Source: an uncultured Bacteroidales bacterium
Lineage (GTDB): Bacteria; Bacteroidota; Bacteroidia; Bacteroidales; CAYVNP01
Length of the DNA stretch: 64,000 nucleotides
Assembly (NCBI GenBank): GCA_964452905.1
Contig: CAYVNP010000006.1
Coordinates: 1,004 to 65,003, forward strand
Direction: 5' to 3'
Part shown: positions 38,333 to 48,109 of the stretch, piece after piece
How the letters are laid out: every line of letters begins with the position of its first letter
Position numbering within the stretch: position 1 is the first letter of the stretch
Program-made: the position numbers and the translations under genes
Notes under the pieces: model-generated
Seen by the model: only the letters and a program-made list of their open reading frames with translations
What the model was told of the DNA's origin: nothing
The model's database searches: none

Positions 38333-38428
38333 ATGAAAAGTCTGATTAAAAAGAAGAAAAATTGCTGTACAGCATCAGCACAATGTTGTGCAAAGATTTC
38401 AAAGAATATTGCAGGTTGTCATGATTAA
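38333..38428 (+). CDS. Cys-rich micro-ORF (31 aa), hypothetical
   Basis: MKSLIKKKKNCCTASAQCCAKISKNIAGCHD* is below the ORF-track cut-off. It has an ATG start and fills the otherwise empty methyltransferase-trxA spacer on the same strand. Confidence 0.35.
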   Translation: MKSLIKKKKNCCTASAQCCAKISKNIAGCHD

Positions 38429-38499
38429 TATAATCAAATAATTAGAATCTTTCTATTATTTAAGTTTAACATTAATCAAAAACAATATCCCATTTTAAA

Positions 38500-38799
38500 A
38501 TGAAAGGTCAATTTGAAAAAATTATCAATTCATCACCTTTAGTGCTTGTTGACTTCTTTGCCGAATGGTGTGGACCATGCAAAATACAGGCACCTATATT
38601 AAAAGAATGGACGTCGGAAGTTGGTGAACGTGTAAAAATCATTAAAATAAATGTTGATACAAATAATGAGATTGCTACTCGTTATCAGGTTCAAAGTATT
38701 CCGACATTAATATTGTTTCATCATGGACAAGTTGTTATTAAACACTCAGGTGTTATGTCAAAACAGCAACTTAACGATATGATTAAACAATTTAAATAA
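38500..38799 (+). CDS. trxA: Thioredoxin
   Basis: WCGPC active site, 99 aa. Confidence 0.9.
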   Translation: MKGQFEKIINSSPLVLVDFFAEWCGPCKIQAPILKEWTSEVGERVKIIKINVDTNNEIATRYQVQSIPTLILFHHGQVVIKHSGVMSKQQLNDMIKQFK

Positions 38800-38866
38800 A
38801 TCTATATGTATGAATTTAAAAGCGATTGTTTGGTCTGTAGCAATTCATATTTTAATAGGAATGCAA

Positions 38867-40225
38867 TTAATGATGAACTAAATTTTTAATCCACTTATTT
38901 GATAAGAACCTATAAAATCCCAAAAGCATTTTCACCAGTTCTTCTGAATAAACAAACAACACCACAATATATACCGGTAAGTGAAGGTAGTAAGCAGCCA
39001 AAGCACCCATCGGGGCGCCAATCAGCCATACACCGCCAATGTCAAGCATCATGCTGAATCGAGTATCACCACCGCTGCGGAGTATGCCGCCATTAAAAAT
39101 AATATTCGCTGACTTCATCCACATAACGCCGGTCATCATCAGAATCAAAAGGTTAACAGTATGCTTCCCTTCTGCATCCAGATTATATAATCCAATAATC
39201 TGATCTTTTATTAATAAAACTACCCCTGCTACCAACATGGCGCCGAAAATTGAAATGAACAAAAACTTTTTCCCGTAATCATACGCAAGATCTTTACGTT
39301 TTGCGCCAATACTATTGCCAACCATGATTGCACATGCATTCCCAATGCCGACAAAAATCATTAACCCGATCTTCTCAATGGTTTCAGAAATATTAATTGA
39401 TGCCAAAGCAGTGGTACTGATGGACGCATAAATATGCATATAAATTGACACGCCCAATACCCATCCGAGACTATGAATCATCACAGGAAAAGCTGTAACT
39501 AAATATTTACGCTGAAGTTCTAACTTACCTTGCAGTAAAGTTCTAACATTTCGGATGGTTGGAATACGCTGATAACGCGTAATTAAAACAATCAATGAAC
39601 ATTCAATGACCCGTGCGACGATCATGGAAATACCTGCGCCTGTCACTCCCAAAGCAGGAAACCCGAAATGACCAAGTATCAGACAATAATTAAGCAAGGT
39701 ATTGATACTTAAAGCCAATACACTGACATATAACGGAAGTCGGACCAATCGCGTACTTCGGAGAATTGACACATACATCATTGTGATAGAAAAGAAGATA
39801 TAACTAATTCCTATTAACTTTAAATAATGCCCGCCTAATTGAATCACTACCGGATCAGTTGTATAAAAACCAATGATCTGTTTTGAAAAAAAGAAAGTAA
39901 GACTTGTAAAAAGCAATCCCGCAATTAAAGCGAACCTCAAACCTATTACAAATATCTGACGAATATGTTTCACATATTTTTTACTCCAGTATTGTGCGGC
40001 AAATATCGCTGCTCCACTGCCTATTCCATTTACAAGCATCATAAAGATCAAGGTGAATTGATTCCCCAACCCGACACTTGCAATGGATTGCGATCCTAAT
40101 TGTCCTACCATCAACACATCAACAAATGTTAAAGATGTAGATATAAAACCTTGCAGGATGATGGGTAAAGAAATTTTCAGTAAAGTTGAATAAAACTCGG
40201 TATTAGTACGTAAAAAGGAAAACAT
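38867..40225 (-). CDS. MATE-family efflux transporter
   Basis: 452 aa, 12 TM, typical MATE N-terminus (LLKISLPIILQGFISTSLTFVDVLMVGQLG). Confidence 0.85.
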   Translation of the reverse strand: MFSFLRTNTEFYSTLLKISLPIILQGFISTSLTFVDVLMVGQLGSQSIASVGLGNQFTLIFMMLVNGIGSGAAIFAAQYWSKKYVKHIRQIFVIGLRFALIAGLLFTSLTFFFSKQIIGFYTTDPVVIQLGGHYLKLIGISYIFFSITMMYVSILRSTRLVRLPLYVSVLALSINTLLNYCLILGHFGFPALGVTGAGISMIVARVIECSLIVLITRYQRIPTIRNVRTLLQGKLELQRKYLVTAFPVMIHSLGWVLGVSIYMHIYASISTTALASINISETIEKIGLMIFVGIGNACAIMVGNSIGAKRKDLAYDYGKKFLFISIFGAMLVAGVVLLIKDQIIGLYNLDAEGKHTVNLLILMMTGVMWMKSANIIFNGGILRSGGDTRFSMMLDIGGVWLIGAPMGALAAYYLHLPVYIVVLFVYSEELVKMLLGFYRFLSNKWIKNLVHH

Positions 40226-40332
40226 GAAAAATGAAATTTAGCTTTTTGAGAACTGCAAAAATAATGAAAATAAAAACAAATGCCATCCTTAATAATCAAG
40301 GATGGCATTCACAAAACAAGTAAACAAAAATT

Positions 40333-43119
40333 TTATTCTTTAATAAACTTTTTAATGATAAAGCTATTTAGCGATTGTACCTTAACAAAATACAACCCGG
40401 AAGTAAAGCCGGTTACATCAATTTGTTCAATATCTTCGGCAACTGAATTAATTTTTTTAGAAAAAATCAACTGCCCGGTCGTATTGAAAATTTCTATTTT
40501 ATTGGAAACAACTCTTTTATCAAAAGCAATATTTATGAGATTATTAGCAGGATTAGGATATATTTTAATACTTGATTCATAATTATTTTTTAATCCCACC
40601 TCGAGATCAAAGCCATCAACATTAGAAAATGAAGCACCTTTAAAATCAACTGGGAAAACACCTTTGTTTTTGGTACCGGTTGGATTACAAGGTGCATCAG
40701 GCTTAACAGCCGCAACAGCATATTGAACCAGTCCGGTCAAATTGGTTGGGTCCGTATACGAGGTTTTATTATTTGAAATTGAATCAATTTTTAGAAATTT
40801 TCCTCCCGATGCTTTTCTTAAAATATAATAGGTGTAAAATGTAAATCCCTCATAACTATCCTGCCAGTTTAGATTAAATCCACTTCCCATGGCATTTTTA
40901 GAAACAGTTAAATGGAGCGTACGATGATGATCGCTCAAAGCAGATTCATTTCCACATGTATCTACCACTGAAATTTTATACCGGTCGGATTGTACCATAG
41001 GTCGTGAAGACGTATCAACAAAGGCGCTAAAGAGATTTGCCTTTACATTCCCGATCTTCTGATATTGTCCTGCCATTGTTGTTTCCTTGTAAATAATGTA
41101 GGATTGAAGTGATGCAATCTGTGTTTTTTCCCAAACTATCATATTTTTAAGCGAAGCAGTATCAACTGTTACCAAGCATATTGTTTGATTCTTCAAGGGT
41201 GTGCAATTAGGTATAATGTTCTTGCATATCGTATCTGTACCGCATCCATTAAATGTTTGAAGGCAAACATTATATGATTTTGAAGTTGGATAATCGTATT
41301 TTGGATTTACAGTATTTGTCGCATTCCCATCTCCAAAAGTCCAGTAACAACCGTCAAAATTTGAACTGGTATTGGTAAAAGCAACATTCAGCCCACTGAT
41401 ATTATTAATAAAGGTAGACATCGGTTTAGTACATACGCTAATCGTTTTGCTTATACTATCCGAACCGCATGAATTGGTAGCAACTAAACGAACTGTATAT
41501 GCTCCATTTGAAGGGAATTTATGAACAGCAGGATTTTTAAAAATACTGGTTGATGCATCACCGAAATTCCATTTCCAACTGGTTCCGTTTAAACTGGTAT
41601 TTTCTACTTCCATATTCAAACCATCGGTTATGGAGTTAAATGAAGGTTGTGGAACAATACAATTCAATGTAACTGTTTTCTGAAAAACATTTGTTCCGCA
41701 ACCATTCTGTCCAGTTAGTTTAATTGTGTAACTGCCGGCATTGGCATATTGCACAATTGGATTATGATCTGTATTATTTGTTTGTGTGTTTCCAAAATTC
41801 CAAACAAATTGATAGGCATTCTTGGACGTATCGGTTAAAATAACTGTTTGACCATTAACTTCATAAGCAAAGCCGGCAACAGGAGCTTTACAGGTAACAC
41901 TTACATTTTGACATTTGGTATTGCTTCCGCATCCATTAGCAGCTGTGAGACAAACATTATAGGTTGATGTTTTCTGAAAAACATGTGTTGGATTTTCTAA
42001 TATTGTTGTTTTACTGTCACCAAAATCCCATAAAAAAGTACTACCCCCTTGTGAAGTATTTGTAAAATCAACTGTCAGATTATCTATGCTTGAATTAAAA
42101 GACGCAGTGGGAGTAACACAGTTTAACGTTATATCTTTATATGCCGTATCATTGCCGCAACCGCTGTAAGCTACAAGTTTTACGCGCATCACCCCCCCGT
42201 TAGCATAGGTATGAACTACATCACGCGCAGTGTCAGACTTTCCATCTCCAAAAATCCATTTTGTACCAAAATCATTTAACGAAGAATTTGTAAGAGTAAC
42301 GGTTGCATCATCAACAGCAACGCTGAAATTAGCTGTAGCTTTTTGAGTACAGATTGTAAAGACTTTACTGTCAAACAAACTCCAGTGACCATCTGCATCT
42401 TTTGCGCGGATATTCAATGTATGCTGTCCTGCATCTAAGCCAAACAGACTAATAAGAGGAAGATCCTGGGTGATAGTCACTTCATCTCCTGCAGTAATTG
42501 GGCTAAACGGATTGCACTGCCCAACTCCAACATCCTCATTATCGAAGAAATACTCCATAGCTACAATCTTAGATGGTTTAGCCGGTTTAGTTGTATCATA
42601 AATATAAAATAAAAACTCATCCGTTAAACCATAGATTCCTTTGGTATCCTTGATCCTCACATAGATTTTATGAAAACCAATTGTAAGATTTGAAATGGAA
42701 ATATTATTCAATTTAATACTGTTGGAAGAATCTATTGCACTAAAAGAAAAGGATTTTCCTTTGCCTTTGCCAGGATCAGTATCAAAGAAGTATTCACCAC
42801 CATTTATTTGAGGAGCGTTATAGGCAGTGGTTGTTTGATTATCATATACATAAAATAAATGTTCATCCGTTAACCCCCAAAGCCCATTGGTGTTTTTGAA
42901 CCGGATATATAATTTATGGTAACCGATATTTAATCCGGTCGTTTTAAAACTGAACGGATAAACAGTAGAGTCAACTGCACTGCCAAGAACAAATGCAGTA
43001 CCTTTGCCGGTGCCGGGGTCAGTATCAAAGAAATACTCCCCTCCTTTGAGCTGTTGTGCCGATAAACGGAACACGAACAACATCAGCAAATAAGTTACAA
43101 AAATTAATTTTTTCATCAT
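40333..43119 (-). CDS. Large secreted multi-PKD-domain protein with T9SS C-terminal sorting domain
   Basis: Signal peptide, three GGEYFFDTDPGxGKG repeats, about six PKD-like units (W.FGDG...H.Y...G.Y.V.L...N.CG), and a C-terminal IYPNPANNLINI...GLYFVKV CTD. Confidence 0.8.
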   Translation of the reverse strand: MMKKLIFVTYLLMLFVFRLSAQQLKGGEYFFDTDPGTGKGTAFVLGSAVDSTVYPFSFKTTGLNIGYHKLYIRFKNTNGLWGLTDEHLFYVYDNQTTTAYNAPQINGGEYFFDTDPGKGKGKSFSFSAIDSSNSIKLNNISISNLTIGFHKIYVRIKDTKGIYGLTDEFLFYIYDTTKPAKPSKIVAMEYFFDNEDVGVGQCNPFSPITAGDEVTITQDLPLISLFGLDAGQHTLNIRAKDADGHWSLFDSKVFTICTQKATANFSVAVDDATVTLTNSSLNDFGTKWIFGDGKSDTARDVVHTYANGGVMRVKLVAYSGCGNDTAYKDITLNCVTPTASFNSSIDNLTVDFTNTSQGGSTFLWDFGDSKTTILENPTHVFQKTSTYNVCLTAANGCGSNTKCQNVSVTCKAPVAGFAYEVNGQTVILTDTSKNAYQFVWNFGNTQTNNTDHNPIVQYANAGSYTIKLTGQNGCGTNVFQKTVTLNCIVPQPSFNSITDGLNMEVENTSLNGTSWKWNFGDASTSIFKNPAVHKFPSNGAYTVRLVATNSCGSDSISKTISVCTKPMSTFINNISGLNVAFTNTSSNFDGCYWTFGDGNATNTVNPKYDYPTSKSYNVCLQTFNGCGTDTICKNIIPNCTPLKNQTICLVTVDTASLKNMIVWEKTQIASLQSYIIYKETTMAGQYQKIGNVKANLFSAFVDTSSRPMVQSDRYKISVVDTCGNESALSDHHRTLHLTVSKNAMGSGFNLNWQDSYEGFTFYTYYILRKASGGKFLKIDSISNNKTSYTDPTNLTGLVQYAVAAVKPDAPCNPTGTKNKGVFPVDFKGASFSNVDGFDLEVGLKNNYESSIKIYPNPANNLINIAFDKRVVSNKIEIFNTTGQLIFSKKINSVAEDIEQIDVTGFTSGLYFVKVQSLNSFIIKKFIKE

Positions 43120-43139
43120 TTAAATTTTTAATGAAAATA

Positions 43140-44198
43140 TTAATTGTGTTTGCGTGCTTTTACAGTAACATTAAGAGTTCCTCCCTGAGGACAGGAAGAT
43201 GAAGGCATCGTAACTTTTTGAATTTGTGGAATAGGTGGCTCACCGGTTAAAGGATAAGGTGTCGCATAATTGTAAATATTTTTCCCGCCTCCAGTTGGAC
43301 CAATATCCGTTCCGTCTGTACCCGCATTGATAATAACTGAACCTGCAAGTGGTCTAAAATTAAAAGACATAAAATCATCCTCACATAGATAATTTAAAAA
43401 AACAGATGTTTGATTTGAAATATTACCGGATCCAATGTTTGTTCCATATGGTAATGACTTTGTCCCAAAAACATAATTATTATTAAATGCACAGGCAATA
43501 TTCCCATCTCCTGGAAAACAATTAAAGAAAATATTATTTTCAAAAATTGCATTATTGCACCATCCCGGACTCCATGCAGTATTACTTAAACATAAAAATA
43601 AATTATTTTTAAGTAAATGCGGAACACTTTTAGAATTATCACCCATGGATTGTATTAACCATGATGATTTAGTAAAAATATTATTTTTAAAAGTTACAGG
43701 TGTTGATTTCAAATAACACCCTCCCTCAACAATACAGTTTTCAATTGATATGTTAGAAACTATAACCGGAACATCATCAGTACCAAAACTACCACCTGTA
43801 ATTAAACATCTGCTAAATAAAAAATTTGAAACTGCAAAAATATTTGTATAGGATATTAAAATATTAGATAATCCTATCAACTTTGAATTGCTTGAACTTA
43901 TTCCAAATTCAATCTGGTGACCGGAAAAATCGGCTATAAATCCATTATCTGTTTGTGGATTATAACCTGGTCCTATCAAGACTAATGTTTTGGTAATTTT
44001 AACATCTACATTATAGGGAATTGGAGAACCTTGAATCATTAAAGTATCACCGCTGTTGGCTGCATCAATCGCATCCTGTACAGACGCATATTGCCCTGGA
44101 GTACCTGGTAAGTTAGTATTATTATTTACAGTAATGATTCCTGCATGACTTATAACTACAATGAATATTGCCATTAAAAGTAAATTAATCTTTTTCAT
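43140..44198 (-). CDS. Secreted protein, probable right-handed beta-helix fold
   Basis: Signal peptide, SVQDAIDAANSGDTLMIQG N-terminus, and repeated short NN(I/L)F/ENNIF turns. A TATATTTG box lies at 44268-44275. Confidence 0.5.
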   Translation of the reverse strand: MKKINLLLMAIFIVVISHAGIITVNNNTNLPGTPGQYASVQDAIDAANSGDTLMIQGSPIPYNVDVKITKTLVLIGPGYNPQTDNGFIADFSGHQIEFGISSSNSKLIGLSNILISYTNIFAVSNFLFSRCLITGGSFGTDDVPVIVSNISIENCIVEGGCYLKSTPVTFKNNIFTKSSWLIQSMGDNSKSVPHLLKNNLFLCLSNTAWSPGWCNNAIFENNIFFNCFPGDGNIACAFNNNYVFGTKSLPYGTNIGSGNISNQTSVFLNYLCEDDFMSFNFRPLAGSVIINAGTDGTDIGPTGGGKNIYNYATPYPLTGEPPIPQIQKVTMPSSSCPQGGTLNVTVKARKHN

Positions 44199-44390
44199 GA
44201 TGATTTGTTTTTAAAATTTTACTTTGAGTTTTATTATATAAAAATTCATTAAAACTGAATTCTGTTTCAAATATAATCAAAGAATAGCACCCTTTAATTT
44301 TAATCTAAAATAAAATTAATTAATTCTAAAATCATTATTGTTTGAGCGAAATAAAAAATTGAAACGCAATACTAAAATACAATATAAAAC

Positions 44391-45368
44391 CTATTCAAAC
44401 GGATATTTGAATTTGGCTTTCTTCCTGACTTCATCCATGATACGGATAAGAATCATGCTTGTATCAAGCGACATAACAGGACTTTCTTTTTTATTCTTAA
44501 GTAGCATTTGATTCACTTCATCGGTCTCGTAATTCATGCCAAGTGTAGGATGTTCATTGACAAACTCAACAGATGTTTCATTGTTCCTATTGAGAATTGC
44601 TTTTTTCGCCATCCAGAATTTGGGTATAATAATATATCCTTTTGTTCCAAACACGACTGCATCATTCATCAGATCTGTTTCCAGCGAACTTGATAGTTGA
44701 GCTGTTACACCGTTCCCATATTTCAACAGCATAGTATTTGAAACATCAACGCCTGTCTGTCCGATACGCATTTCGGAATGTATTTTTTCAGGTGCTTGTT
44801 TCATGATCAACGTAGCAAAAGCAATCGGATAAATTCCAATATCAAGCAGAGCGCCACCGGCAAGGTCAGGATTTAATAACCGATGATTTTTATCAACATA
44901 TGTTTTAAAACCAAATTCAGCTTTGATTGAAACAATATCTCCAATCATTCCTTGTTCAATCCATTCAAGAACTTTTACGACCGGTGGCAAAAAATACGTC
45001 CACATGGCTTCCATTAAAAACAAATTATTTTTTTTTGCCAGATAGATCATGGAAGATAATTGCTGAACATTAACAGCCATCGGCTTTTCACAAAGAACTG
45101 CTTTATTGTTCTTCAAACAAAGCAATACATTCTCAAGATGGACATTGTGAGGCGAAGTAATATAAACGACTTGAATATCCTTGTCTGCAACCAGTTTTTC
45201 ATAGCTGTCATAAACTCTTTCAACCCCATATTCATTGGCAAACTTTTCAGCTTTTTCTTTACCTCTTGAAGCCACGGCAAGGATCTTTCCATTGGAAACA
45301 AATTTAAAATCTTTTGCAAATTTACCTGCAATATAGCCGGTACCTAATATTCCCCAATGAATAGTCAT
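44391..45368 (-). CDS. Gfo/Idh/MocA-family oxidoreductase
   Basis: WGILGTGYIAGKF N-terminal Rossmann motif and CEKP motif, 325 aa. Confidence 0.8.
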   Translation of the reverse strand: MTIHWGILGTGYIAGKFAKDFKFVSNGKILAVASRGKEKAEKFANEYGVERVYDSYEKLVADKDIQVVYITSPHNVHLENVLLCLKNNKAVLCEKPMAVNVQQLSSMIYLAKKNNLFLMEAMWTYFLPPVVKVLEWIEQGMIGDIVSIKAEFGFKTYVDKNHRLLNPDLAGGALLDIGIYPIAFATLIMKQAPEKIHSEMRIGQTGVDVSNTMLLKYGNGVTAQLSSSLETDLMNDAVVFGTKGYIIIPKFWMAKKAILNRNNETSVEFVNEHPTLGMNYETDEVNQMLLKNKKESPVMSLDTSMILIRIMDEVRKKAKFKYPFE

Positions 45369-45386
45369 GATCTATTAAAATTTAAA

Positions 45387-48035
45387 TTAGTGCTGATTTT
45401 TCAGACTTTTCAACTGTTGTTCAATCACTTTGATCTTTTCTTCCGCATCGGTCTGTTTTTTACGTTCCATCCCCACCACCTGTTCTGACGCATTGTTCAC
45501 AAACTTTTCATTGGAAAGTTTTTTCATTACTGATGTCAGAAAACCTGTTGTGTATTTCAGTTCTTCTTCCAGCTTTTTTATTTCACCTGCCACATCCACA
45601 TGACCTGTAAGGGGAATAAAAAACTCATTGGAACGAACCATGAACGAAGCAGCGCCATCTACTTTCAAACTGACTTGTTCAATTTTTTCAATATGACATA
45701 ATTTTGATATGACAGGAAAAAATATATTAATTGAATCATCTTTTTGATTCTCTTTCACAAAAAGCTGCAATGATTCTTTGATCGCAATATTTTTTTCTTT
45801 GCGGAATGTCCTCACAGCTATGATCAGTTCTTCAGCAATTTCAAAATTTGAAATAATTTCATTATCAAATTTATCAGCTTTAGTCCAATCGGAATTCATG
45901 ATACAATCCAACTCTGTTCTGTCTTTGATCAGATGCCATAATTCTTCTGTAATGAATGGCATGAAAGGATGAAGAAGTTTTAATAATTGTTCAAAATAAT
46001 TAATAGTTTGTTCAATGGTTAATTTGTCAATCGGGTGTTGGTATGCCGGTTTGATCATTTCAAGATACCATGAACAAAAGTCATCCCAGATCAACTTATA
46101 GATGGTCATCAGCGCTTCTGAGAACCTGTATTTATCAAGGAGATCATCAATATCTTTAATAGTTGCATTTAATCTGGCATGGAACCATTTTATAGCAATC
46201 CTGCTTGTTTCGGGATGTTCAAGCGAATTTTCAATCTCCCATCCTTTGATTAATCTGAATGCATTCCAGATTTTATTATTAAAGTTCCTTCCCTGCTCGC
46301 ACTGTGATTCATCAAAGAGCAAGTCATTACCAGCAGGAGAACATAATAGCATTCCCATGCGGATGCCGTCAGCACCGTATTTCTCAATCAAATCAAGAGG
46401 ATCGGGAGAATTGCCCAACGACTTTGACATCTTTCTTTTTTGCTGGTCACGAACGATTCCCGTCAAATATACATTTTTGAAAGGTGCATCATTCCTGTAT
46501 TCATAGCCAGCCATGATCATGCGTGCCACCCAGAAAAACAGAATTTCAGGTGCGGTCACCAAATCATTGGTTGGGTAATAATAGTTGATATCATGGTTGT
46601 TTGGATTGCGTATGCCATCAAAAGTTGAAATAGGCCAAAGCCAGGAAGAAAACCAGGTATCCAGTACATCCTCATCCTGACGCAAGTTCTGAATGGTTAA
46701 CAGGTCATTCTTAGTTTTATCTTTCGCAAGTATCAATGCGTCTTCAATGGTTTTGGCAACCACATAATCATTCGGTCCATGACCATAGAAATAGGCAGGA
46801 ATACGATGACCCCACCAAAGCTGACGGGAGATGCACCAATCCTTCACATTTTCCATCCAGTGTTTATAAATATTTTTAAACTTCGGAGGATGAAACTTGA
46901 TGGTATCATTCAATACGTTTTCCAGAGCGGGCTTAGCCATCTTCGACATATCGCAGAACCACTGCAATGAAAGTTTCGGCTCAATCACTGAATCCGTTCT
47001 CTCAGAAAAACCAACTTTATTCACATAATCTTCCATCTTAACAAGATGACCGTTTTGTTCCAGTTCTTTGATGATTTTTTCCCTGACAACAAACCTGTCC
47101 TCACCGATAAATAATTGGGCATTTTCATTCAACGTCCCATTATCATTGAATATATCAATTGTTTCAAGATTATATTTGATGCCGATGTTGTAGTCATTGA
47201 TATCATGTGCAGGAGTAATTTTCAATGCGCCTGTTCCGAATTCCTTGTCAACATATTCATCCTGAATAACCGGAATAGAACGATTGATGAGTGGTACAAG
47301 TACATGTTTGTTTTTTAAATGTGAGAAACGTTCATCTTCAGGGTGAACACAAACTGCCGTATCACCGAGAATTGTTTCAGGACGAGTGGTGGCAATTGTC
47401 AGCCATTCATCAATTGTACCTTCCACGCGATAACGAACATAATATAATTTTGATGCTACTTCTTTGTAAATGACTTCTTCATCTGATATCGCTGTCAATG
47501 CCTTTGGGTCCCAATTAACCATGCGTACTCCGCGATAGATATTCCCTTTGTTATACAGGTCAATAAAAACATCAATAACTGCTTCGGACATATCATCATC
47601 CATCGTAAATTTAGTTCTGCTCCAGTCACATGAAGCCCCTAATTTTTTGAGCTGTTCAAGGATAATACCTCCATGTTTGTGAGTCCATTCCCATGCATGT
47701 TTAAGAAACTCATCGCGTGTCAGATCGGTTTTGTTAATCCCTTCAGACTTCAGTTTTGCAACAACTTTTGCTTCCGTTGCAATAGATGCATGGTCTGTAC
47801 CGGGCAGCCAGCAGGCATTTTTACCTTGCATGCGCGCTCTGCGGGTCAGAACATCCTGTATGGTATTATTTAAAATATGTCCCATGTGCAACACACCTGT
47901 TACATTGGGCGGTGGAATAACAATAGTAAATGGTGTTCGTTCATCGGGTGATGAATGAAAAAAACCTTTTTCCATCCAATACGCATACCATTTGTCCTCA
48001 GTAGCTTTTGGATCATATTTAGAAGCAATATTCAT
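45387..48035 (-). CDS. valS: Valyl-tRNA synthetase
   Basis: [12 protein letters not shown] (HIGH), KMSKSLGN (KMSKS), and a C-terminal coiled coil. Start moved to the ATG at 48033-48035; the track start is a TTG. Confidence 0.95.
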   Translation of the reverse strand: MNIASKYDPKATEDKWYAYWMEKGFFHSSPDERTPFTIVIPPPNVTGVLHMGHILNNTIQDVLTRRARMQGKNACWLPGTDHASIATEAKVVAKLKSEGINKTDLTRDEFLKHAWEWTHKHGGIILEQLKKLGASCDWSRTKFTMDDDMSEAVIDVFIDLYNKGNIYRGVRMVNWDPKALTAISDEEVIYKEVASKLYYVRYRVEGTIDEWLTIATTRPETILGDTAVCVHPEDERFSHLKNKHVLVPLINRSIPVIQDEYVDKEFGTGALKITPAHDINDYNIGIKYNLETIDIFNDNGTLNENAQLFIGEDRFVVREKIIKELEQNGHLVKMEDYVNKVGFSERTDSVIEPKLSLQWFCDMSKMAKPALENVLNDTIKFHPPKFKNIYKHWMENVKDWCISRQLWWGHRIPAYFYGHGPNDYVVAKTIEDALILAKDKTKNDLLTIQNLRQDEDVLDTWFSSWLWPISTFDGIRNPNNHDINYYYPTNDLVTAPEILFFWVARMIMAGYEYRNDAPFKNVYLTGIVRDQQKRKMSKSLGNSPDPLDLIEKYGADGIRMGMLLCSPAGNDLLFDESQCEQGRNFNNKIWNAFRLIKGWEIENSLEHPETSRIAIKWFHARLNATIKDIDDLLDKYRFSEALMTIYKLIWDDFCSWYLEMIKPAYQHPIDKLTIEQTINYFEQLLKLLHPFMPFITEELWHLIKDRTELDCIMNSDWTKADKFDNEIISNFEIAEELIIAVRTFRKEKNIAIKESLQLFVKENQKDDSINIFFPVISKLCHIEKIEQVSLKVDGAASFMVRSNEFFIPLTGHVDVAGEIKKLEEELKYTTGFLTSVMKKLSNEKFVNNASEQVVGMERKKQTDAEEKIKVIEQQLKSLKNQH

Positions 48036-48109
48036 AGTACTTTTCAATTTATTGGCAAACCTACATGAAATTTAGAAAATACACAAACTCATCAGAAAAA
48101 ACAAACTGC

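Noticed and set aside
38810-38881. 23-aa hydrophobic micro-ORF (MNLKAIVWSVAIHILIGMQLMMN) after trxA
   Set aside because: It overlaps the 3' end of the convergent MATE gene, has no distinguishing motif, and has no room for its own promoter. It is likely fortuitous.
40280-40582. 100-aa + strand ORF at the 3' end of the PKD/T9SS gene
   Set aside because: It lies antisense to the well-supported T9SS C-terminal domain coding region and has no motifs.
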